From: Gammaproteobacteria bacterium
GTDB taxonomy: Bacteria > Pseudomonadota > Gammaproteobacteria > Eutrophobiales > Eutrophobiaceae
Length of the DNA: 64,000 nt
Reading direction: 5' to 3'
Assembly: GCA_021773245.1 (NCBI GenBank)
Contig: JAJFKK010000124.1
Span: 31,336-95,335 of the forward strand
In this document: positions 58,002 through 64,000 of the stretch, piece by piece
Layout of the letters: each line of letters begins with the position of its first letter
How positions within the stretch are numbered: position 1 is the stretch's first letter
Position numbers and translations under genes: made by a program
The notes under the pieces: generated by a model
Database searches by the model: none
What the model saw: only the letters and a program-made list of their open reading frames with translations
Told to the model about the DNA's origin: nothing

Positions 58002-58604
58002 TTAATTTAATAAGTCATCACAATCTTTAACGATCATTGCTATTTTACTTGTTGCCGTGTCCACGTTCTCAGCGACGACTCCCAGGCTGGTTTCGTGTTC
58101 TTCAGCTTGTGTGGCTTCAACTCTGGAGCAAGTGGATATCACTGCTGAAGCTCGCATTTGTGTTTTAATTTCAATTAATAAATCAACCAGTTTGCTTTTT
58201 TCTTTTTTTAAAGCGACGCCATGTTCGGAAAGTTCTTCTGAGGCCGCATCTATTAAGCGTTGTATCGATGATATTGCATCTTTGTCAGCATATTCTTTGG
58301 CAGTGAGAAACCTTTGATAGGCATCGTTTGCACGCAGTTCATCAACAGCAATTCTGGAGACTTCCAGTGCTTTAGTATTTATGCTTTTTACCAACGATAT
58401 CGTTTCGTGCCCCATTTCATCAATAAAGTCCGTAATAGGGCGGAAACCATTTGCCTTTTCGCCTGCCCGTTCGGCAATGGCTTTGGCATTTTTTGCCGCA
58501 AGTGAAATTTCCTTTGCGATGTGCATAACGGATATCAGGCTTCCGGCAACGGTTGCTGCTGAAGCAAAGAAAGGGCGTTCCTGTGTTCGTAGATTATTTT
58601 CCAT
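58002..58604 (-). CDS. Soluble MCP-signalling-domain-like protein (200 aa, no TM, no sensor domain)
   Basis: Residues about 20-65, LISVMHIAKEISLAAKNAKAIAERAGEKANGF, align with the chemoreceptor tip consensus I..[26 protein letters not shown]. The rest is predicted coiled coil. Confidence 0.5.
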   Translation of the reverse strand: MENNLRTQERPFFASAATVAGSLISVMHIAKEISLAAKNAKAIAERAGEKANGFRPITDFIDEMGHETISLVKSINTKALEVSRIAVDELRANDAYQRFLTAKEYADKDAISSIQRLIDAASEELSEHGVALKKEKSKLVDLLIEIKTQMRASAVISTCSRVEATQAEEHETSLGVVAENVDTATSKIAMIVKDCDDLLN

Positions 58605-58685
58605 AGTAAAAACAAAGCAATTACTATGCCTATTGAAGGAAGCTTCTTTCTAATAGAGAAGTGTGAAAAGAGGTATAAAGAACAT

Positions 58686-59234
58686 TTACGGTGATAGTAA
58701 ACTCTTGGTTTCAAATAAAGGTAAACCCATTACGCCGCTATAACTTCCCTCGAGTTGTTTAATAAAGACTGCTGCTTTTCCCTGAATGGCATAACCGCCG
58801 GCTTTGCCAATCGGTTCATTTGTTTCAACGTAATCGGCTATTTCTGTTTTTGTCAGTTTCTTGAATGTAACCTTACTTATACTAAGTAAAGTCTTCTCTT
58901 TTTTATGAATCAAACTGACTGCGGATAAAACAGTATGTGTCTTGTTTGACAATTTTTTCAGCATCGCAATCGCATCTTCTTTAGTCTCAGCCTTGCCTAA
59001 TATTTCGCCATCTAAAATAACAGCAGTATCGGCGGCTAAAACAGGAAAATCTTCATCGCTAAACGCATTTCCTGCGCGCGCTTTTTCCAAGGCAATGCGT
59101 TGAACATAATTTTCAGGCGTTTCTTTACTATCCCAACTTTCATCTATATCGATATCAATCAGTTCATGTTCAACACCAATTTGATCGAGCAATTCTCGAC
59201 GACGGGGAGATCTTGAAGCAAGATAGATTTTCAT
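58686..59234 (-). CDS. maf: Maf-family nucleoside triphosphate pyrophosphatase
   Basis: MKIYLASRSPRRRELL N-terminus. Confidence 0.85.
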   Translation of the reverse strand: MKIYLASRSPRRRELLDQIGVEHELIDIDIDESWDSKETPENYVQRIALEKARAGNAFSDEDFPVLAADTAVILDGEILGKAETKEDAIAMLKKLSNKTHTVLSAVSLIHKKEKTLLSISKVTFKKLTKTEIADYVETNEPIGKAGGYAIQGKAAVFIKQLEGSYSGVMGLPLFETKSLLSP

Positions 59235-59282
59235 GCGTTAATCTTTTTCTAGAGGCATGATATTTGGAAATGCAGGAATTAG

Positions 59283-59379
59283 AGTGCTTCTGTTTTTATT
59301 CAGAACAAGACGCGACGACGCGCATGGCCATCCCCTGCAAGAAGGAGCAACGATGTTCTGGATGAAAACAGAGGTGCTA
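59283..59379 (+). ncRNA. Candidate structured RNA: 25-bp stem with 5 G-U wobbles on the plus strand only, enclosing a 47-nt loop with SD plus a 9-codon ORF
   Basis: agugcuucuguuuuuauucagaaca pairs with uguucuggaugaaaacagaggugcu in full when G-U pairs are allowed on the plus-strand RNA. On the minus strand these become C-A mismatches. The loop carries gaaggag-N5-AUG UUC UGG AUG AAA ACA GAG GUG CUA UAA. Confidence 0.3.
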
Positions 59380-59399
59380 TAAACTTGCATTTCTAGATA

Positions 59400-60299
59400 T
59401 CATGTTTCTATGCCGCCAAATTCTTCAAGTAACTCTTTAATGAACTCATGTAACTGTAACACCATCACAGCAAAGTCTTGGTCAAACTGAGTTGCTCTAT
59501 CATCAGCTTCGCCTTCAGCTTGTTCTTGAATAATTTCTTCAAAACGAACACGTTTAATAGCAAAGTCATCCGATAAAACAAAACGAATTGCATCACGCCA
59601 AATCATTGCAAGTTGCGTAACACGTTTACCTGCTTTTAAATGACTTAATACTTCAGCGCTTTCCAGCTCCTGATTTTTACAACGAACGACGTTTTTACTT
59701 TCGCGAGGGTTCTGTAATTCACATTCATTATCAAGTTCAAATATTTTTGGCGCAGTGTCCTGTAACCAATGCGTCATAATATTTGCTGCATCACCATGAC
59801 ACTTTAAAGGCACGACAGGTAGGCTGCCTAAGGTTGCGCGTAGATGGTCCATAAATTCTTCAGCCTTATTCGCACTGGCAGAATCAATAATTAATAATTT
59901 ATGTTTAGGATCAAAATAGGCATAAACCAGATAGGAGCGCGTTAATGCACGTGGTAATAAGGAATGAATGACATCTTCTTTAAGAGTACGTTTTTCCTGA
60001 CGGTAAATAGGGCGCGTTTGTTCCTGTTCAAAATCAAGCACCTTCTCATCAACTACTTCGTTCACAGCTGCAGGAGGCAAGATCTTTTCTTGTTTACGCG
60101 CACAGATCATGACGTAATCACCGGTACGATGCGTATACATCTCGCTGTTCTTGCCTAAAGGCGGCACCCAGCCATATTTGGAAAAATCCATATTCGCGCA
60201 AGGGGTAAAGTTTTGCTCTGCTAAGGCGTCTTCTAACGTTTCAGGAGAAATATCAATATCTTTAGTAAGACGGTAAATACGAAGGTTTTTGAACCACAT
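59400..60299 (-). CDS. rdgC: Recombination-associated protein RdgC
   Basis: MWFKNLRIYRL... canonical RdgC N-terminus. 299 aa. Confidence 0.9.
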   Translation of the reverse strand: MWFKNLRIYRLTKDIDISPETLEDALAEQNFTPCANMDFSKYGWVPPLGKNSEMYTHRTGDYVMICARKQEKILPPAAVNEVVDEKVLDFEQEQTRPIYRQEKRTLKEDVIHSLLPRALTRSYLVYAYFDPKHKLLIIDSASANKAEEFMDHLRATLGSLPVVPLKCHGDAANIMTHWLQDTAPKIFELDNECELQNPRESKNVVRCKNQELESAEVLSHLKAGKRVTQLAMIWRDAIRFVLSDDFAIKRVRFEEIIQEQAEGEADDRATQFDQDFAVMVLQLHEFIKELLEEFGGIET

Positions 60300-60386
60300 T
60301 ATTATTATCTATTCTGTTTTGAAAAAGAGGCGGATTATCTCGTACCTGAGCTTAGGTAAGCAAGAGAAATAAAGCCATGACGCCTT

Positions 60387-60410
60387 GCGTTATATAACGG
60401 GGTGCGTTAT
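60387..60410 (+). promoter_or_regulatory. Putative HigA operator overlapping the higBA promoter
   Basis: Perfect 12-bp palindrome cgttatataacg (60388-60399) plus a third gcgttat half-site at 60404-60410, directly upstream of the higB start. Confidence 0.4.
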
Positions 60411-60419
60411 GCTTTATTG

Positions 60420-60701
60420 ATGATACGGAGTTTTAACTGCGAACAAACGGAATTGATCTGGAATGGTCAGGTAACTAGAAAATTACCTCATGCCATGCAG
60501 GCTGTAGCTCGTAGAAAATTAAGGATGATAAATAACTCTACCGTGTTGAATGATTTACGAATTCCGCCCGCTAATCGATTAGAAAAGCTGAAAGGAGGTA
60601 GAGCTGGACAATATAGCATTCGTATAAATAATCAGTGGCGAATATGTTTTGTCTGGGAAAATGGCGACGCATTAAGAGTCGAAATTGTTGATTATCACTA
60701 A
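60420..60701 (+). CDS. higB: HigB-family (RelE/ParE superfamily) mRNA interferase toxin
   Basis: MIRSFNCEQTELIWNG...LKGGRAGQYSIRINNQWRICFVWENGDALRVEIVDYH matches the plasmid-maintenance killer protein family. Start set at the ATG at 60420, not the GTG at 60402. Confidence 0.8.
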   Translation: MIRSFNCEQTELIWNGQVTRKLPHAMQAVARRKLRMINNSTVLNDLRIPPANRLEKLKGGRAGQYSIRINNQWRICFVWENGDALRVEIVDYH

Positions 60702-60716
60702 TACAGGTTTATTGAA

Positions 60717-61007
60717 ATGAAGAAATTACCAAATATACACCCCGGTGAAATCTTGCTGGAAGAATTTTTGCTACCGATGGAAATTAGCCAAAATCGTATC
60801 GCGCGTGATATTGGTGTGCCACCAAGGCGAATTAATGAAATTGTGCATGGCAAACGATCAGTAACAGCAGATACCGCCGTTCGATTGGCAAAATATTTTA
60901 ATGTATCAGAATCATTTTGGATGGGATTGCAATCAGACTATGATGTTGAAGAAGCGCATCGTGTATTGGGAAAAAAATTAGATAAGATTCCATCTTATGC
61001 AGCATGA
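60717..61007 (+). CDS. higA: HigA-family antitoxin (XRE-type HTH)
   Basis: IHPGEILLEEFLLPMEISQNRIARDIGVPPRRINEIVHGKRSVTADTAVRLAKYF matches the VapI/HigA consensus. 15 bp after higB. Confidence 0.85.
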   Translation: MKKLPNIHPGEILLEEFLLPMEISQNRIARDIGVPPRRINEIVHGKRSVTADTAVRLAKYFNVSESFWMGLQSDYDVEEAHRVLGKKLDKIPSYAA

Positions 61008-61016
61008 TAATTAAAT

Positions 61017-61298
61017 ATGAAATCGCCTGTAAAAAAATTATTAGAAAGTCACAAAAAGCTTATTCATTCAGAAATGATGAAAGTCACCTCGCATGTGCAA
61101 AGAGAAGATAAAGACAAGATCTGGTTGATTAATACAGTAACAATAGAAGGCTATGATGTGCCGTTTAGATTTAAACGAAAGAAACAATATCATAATCTTA
61201 AAGGAGCTTATGTGAATATGACTTATTATCCAATAGTCGAGAATGTTGGTGGGTTTGATATGGAGATTATGACTGTTGTTAGGATTAAGAAATCATAG
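61017..61298 (+). CDS. Hypothetical protein (93 aa) co-directional with higBA
   Basis: ORF only. No family recognised. Confidence 0.35.
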   Translation: MKSPVKKLLESHKKLIHSEMMKVTSHVQREDKDKIWLINTVTIEGYDVPFRFKRKKQYHNLKGAYVNMTYYPIVENVGGFDMEIMTVVRIKKS

Positions 61299-61390
61299 AT
61301 CTTGATTTCATTTTATTCGTAGTTTTTTTTAACTTATGTTTCGCTATCAAGCGAAACATAATCTTTAACGAAGGTATAAAATTAAAAGGA

Positions 61391-61861
61391 CTACTCGCGG
61401 TGATAAGGATGATTTTGCGTAATTGTCCATGCTCTATAAATTTGTTCAACCATCATTACTCTTACTAATCCATGCGGCAATGTCATTTCTGATAATGACC
61501 ACAATTGATGTGCTTTCTTTTTTATTGCGTCGCTTAATCCATCAGCGCCTCCAATAATAAAACTAATATGTTTGTTTTCGTCGTTCCAGTTTTGTAGTTG
61601 GTTTGCGAGTGATTGACTGCTGATTGATTTTCCGTGTTCGTCTAGTGCAATAATTAAACTGTTTGCTGCGAGTGTGGTGTTTATATTTTCTTCTTCTTTT
61701 AGTTTGTAGTTTTCTGCGCTGTTATTTTTGCCGCGAATGGCGGGATTGATTTCTATTAATTTAAAATTAATGTTTTTAGGCAATCGTTTTGCGTATTCCT
61801 TAAATCCTGATTCTATCCATGTTGGCATACGTTTGCCGACGGTGATTAAATCGATTTGCAT
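61391..61861 (-). CDS. rlmH: 23S rRNA (pseudouridine1915-N3)-methyltransferase RlmH
   Basis: 156 aa SPOUT fold with a conserved C-terminal region. Confidence 0.9.
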   Translation of the reverse strand: MQIDLITVGKRMPTWIESGFKEYAKRLPKNINFKLIEINPAIRGKNNSAENYKLKEEENINTTLAANSLIIALDEHGKSISSQSLANQLQNWNDENKHISFIIGGADGLSDAIKKKAHQLWSLSEMTLPHGLVRVMMVEQIYRAWTITQNHPYHRE

Positions 61862-61863
61862 AT

Positions 61864-62217
61864 TTAGTTTTCAGCTTGCGCTGCTTCTCTATCTTCTGAT
61901 GAGCTCCAGAGTTTCTCGAGTTGGTAGTATTCGCGTGTTTCCGGGTACATGATATGAACAATAATATCGCCGAGATCAACTAATACCCATTCGCCTTCTG
62001 TTTTACCTTCTACGCCTAATGGTTTAACGCCATTTTTCTTAGCAGCTTCAACAACCTTGTCTGCTAATGCAGCAACTTGTCGTTTTGATTTACCGCTGGC
62101 GATAATCATATAGTCAGAGATGCTGGTTAATTTACTGACTTCAAATACAACAACGTCTATTGCTTTAACGTCTTCAAGTGCAGCAAGGGTAATTTCAACA
62201 AGTTTTTTTATGTTCAT
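61864..62217 (-). CDS. rsfS: Ribosomal silencing factor RsfS (Iojap)
   Basis: LEDVKAIDVVVFEV...SDYMIIASG matches the Iojap family. Confidence 0.9.
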   Translation of the reverse strand: MNIKKLVEITLAALEDVKAIDVVVFEVSKLTSISDYMIIASGKSKRQVAALADKVVEAAKKNGVKPLGVEGKTEGEWVLVDLGDIIVHIMYPETREYYQLEKLWSSSEDREAAQAEN

Positions 62218-62858
62218 GCAGTGTCCAGGTAAAGGTGATTATCTTTAATATAAGTTTGAATTCTTTCAGGGAGTAAATTGTCGACGGTTTTATTTTTTGA
62301 ATAGCGCTGTCGAATCATGCTTGATGAGATATCAAGCATGGGAATGTTCATTAAGTAAATATGTCCAAATAAATTATTTTTAAGTAGCGTTTTATCAATT
62401 GTTCGATGCTTTTCTATCCATGCTTCTAATTTGGCTGATAGTCGATTATTTGATTCATCTGGCCGATTCGCAACGATAATATGCGCGTAGTGTAATAGTT
62501 CCTGCCAATCTTTCCAGCTATCAATTTTATTAAAGGCATCTCGGCCGAGAATTAAGCAGAGTGAATCGTTAGCAAGTTCATTCCGTAATGATTTTAGAGT
62601 ATTGATACTATAGGAGATATCCGTGCTTTTCAGTTCCCGCAAATCAATGGAAAGACCGGGTTCTTCTGCAAGGGCAAGTTCGAGCATGTTGCGCCGATGC
62701 ACTGATGATGCAACGGGTTTGTCTCGATGTGGCGGAATATTAAGCGGTATTAATCGAACTTGATCAAGTTTGAGATGTTCCTGTGCCTTGATAGCCAGTC
62801 GGAGGTGTCCGTTATGAATCGGGTCGAATGTACCGCCTAAGATGCCAATTAAATTCAT
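62214..62858 (-). CDS. nadD: Nicotinate-nucleotide adenylyltransferase
   Basis: GILGGTFDPIHNGHL (H/T)xGH motif. Confidence 0.9.
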   Translation of the reverse strand: MNLIGILGGTFDPIHNGHLRLAIKAQEHLKLDQVRLIPLNIPPHRDKPVASSVHRRNMLELALAEEPGLSIDLRELKSTDISYSINTLKSLRNELANDSLCLILGRDAFNKIDSWKDWQELLHYAHIIVANRPDESNNRLSAKLEAWIEKHRTIDKTLLKNNLFGHIYLMNIPMLDISSSMIRQRYSKNKTVDNLLPERIQTYIKDNHLYLDTA

Positions 62859-62861
62859 TAA

Positions 62862-64000
62862 TTAGGTTCGAATATGTCCGTCTCCCAAGACGATATATTT
62901 CTTCGAGGTTAGTCCTTCTAAACCAACAGGGCCACGTGCATGGAATTTATCCGTACTGATGCCAATTTCTGCACCGAGTCCGTATTCAAAGCCATCAGCA
63001 AAACGTGTTGATGCATTGACCATCACCGAGCTTGAATCAACTTCTCTTAAGAATCGACGAGAAGTCGTGTAGTTTTCTGTGACGATTGCTTCAGTATGCT
63101 GAGAGCTGTACTTGCTAATGTGGCTCATTGCTTCATCAACATCGGCGACAATTTTTAATGACATAATCGGAGCAAGGTATTCTGTACCGTAATCTTCTTC
63201 TGTCGCAATCTTAATGCCGTCTATTAGTTTGGCTGATTCTTTACAACCACGAATTTCAACGCCGGCTTTTTTGTATAAAGGTGCAAGTTTATCGAGAACT
63301 TCTTTTGCAACAGACTTAGCAACTAATAAACATTCCATCGTGTTACAGGTACCGTAACGTTGTGTTTTTGCATTCAAGGCAATCTTTACTGCTTTATCAA
63401 TATCAGCATCATTATCAATATAGACATGACATATACCATCGAGATGTTTAATGACAGGCATACGAGCTTCATTACTAATTCGTTCGATTAACCCTTTGCC
63501 GCCGCGTGGCACAATGACATCAACGTATTCAGGCATAGTCAATAACTCACCAACGGCTGCACGATCCGTTGTTGAAATAACTTGCACGGCTTCTTGTGGC
63601 AAGTCGGCTTCTACCATGCCAATGTTTATACACTTGGCAATCGCTTGATTTGAATTTAATGCTTCCGAGCCACCACGTAAGATAGCTGCATTACCAGATT
63701 TCAAACAAAGTGCGGCTGCATCGGCAGTAACATTCGGTCTTGATTCATAAATAATGCCGACAACACCAAGAGGCACACGCATGTTACCTACTTGTATGCC
63801 GCTAGGACGCATGGCTAGATCAGTAATGGTGCCGATAGGATCACTTAAGCTTGCGATTTGGTTTAAACCTTCAACCATAGAATCAATACGCGCATCAGTT
63901 AATTCAAGTCTGTCGACTAAGGATGCTTCTAGATTTTTTTCTTTTGCCGCTTTCAGATCTTCTTCATTGGCTTTAGCCAATGCATGTTTATGTTTAATAA
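62862..64000 (-). CDS. proA: Gamma-glutamyl phosphate reductase; N-terminal about 45 aa lie beyond the window
   Basis: Aldehyde-dehydrogenase-fold ProA. The reading frame is open to the window edge, and the track start at 63980 is a TTG alternative start. Confidence 0.9.
   Translation of the reverse strand, partial: IKHKHALAKANEEDLKAAKEKNLEASLVDRLELTDARIDSMVEGLNQIASLSDPIGTITDLAMRPSGIQVGNMRVPLGVVGIIYESRPNVTADAAALCLKSGNAAILRGGSEALNSNQAIAKCINIGMVEADLPQEAVQVISTTDRAAVGELLTMPEYVDVIVPRGGKGLIERISNEARMPVIKHLDGICHVYIDNDADIDKAVKIALNAKTQRYGTCNTMECLLVAKSVAKEVLDKLAPLYKKAGVEIRGCKESAKLIDGIKIATEEDYGTEYLAPIMSLKIVADVDEAMSHISKYSSQHTEAIVTENYTTSRRFLREVDSSSVMVNASTRFADGFEYGLGAEIGISTDKFHARGPVGLEGLTSKKYIVLGDGHIRT

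Noticed and set aside
60402-60419. GTG start for higB giving MRYALLMIRSF...
   Set aside because: HigB-family proteins begin at the MI(R/K)SF motif. The GTG lies inside the putative operator palindrome, so the ATG at 60420 is preferred.
61321-61360. Hairpin tatgtttcgc/gcgaaacata between the 93-aa ORF and rlmH as an intrinsic terminator
   Set aside because: The T-run lies on the wrong side of the stem for either convergent transcript. Kept only as a mention under the higBA finding.

Overview
The window is a chromosomal segment, roughly 40% GC by eye, from a Gram-negative gammaproteobacterium. Core synteny is strong: yrbG-kdsDC-lptCAB-rpoN-hpf-ptsN as in E. coli, and ruvCAB-ybgC-tolQRAB-pal-cpoB-queEC as in Pseudomonas. 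soxYZ, a PPi-dependent PFK and an H+-PPase point to a chemolithoautotrophic sulfur oxidiser (Thiotrichales-like); this is inference only. Almost all genes are housekeeping or envelope functions. These include a regulatory PTS (ptsI, ptsH, EIIA-Man, rapZ, hprK, ptsN) linked to rpoN, LPS transport, amgK/murU, mltF, tol-pal, ruvABC, nadA, aspS, one tRNA-Lys, pqiABC, rlmH/rsfS/nadD/proA and a higBA toxin-antitoxin pair. The unexpected observations are these:
- An MMPL/RND-type exporter carries a C-terminal cyclic-nucleotide-binding domain. It sits in a lipid-trafficking cluster (pqiABC, a LolA-like protein, this MMPL-cNMP fusion, a CHI-like lipoprotein, an alpha/beta hydrolase and a JmjC-like oxygenase).
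- A small MBL-fold (ODP-like) protein lies next to a 200-aa soluble MCP-signalling-domain-like protein.
- Two intergenic nested inverted-repeat elements occur, 281 bp at 12166-12446 and about 150 bp at 40047-40197.
- A plus-strand hairpin with compensatory G-U wobbles and a perfect SD-ATG 9-codon ORF lies between maf and rdgC.
- A ModE-N/PBP one-component regulator is linked to an OprP-like porin and an orphan TupA-like tungstate-binding protein beside the tRNA.
No CRISPR array, integrase or transposase was seen. All product assignments rest on motif and family recognition from the translated ORFs, not on database searches.
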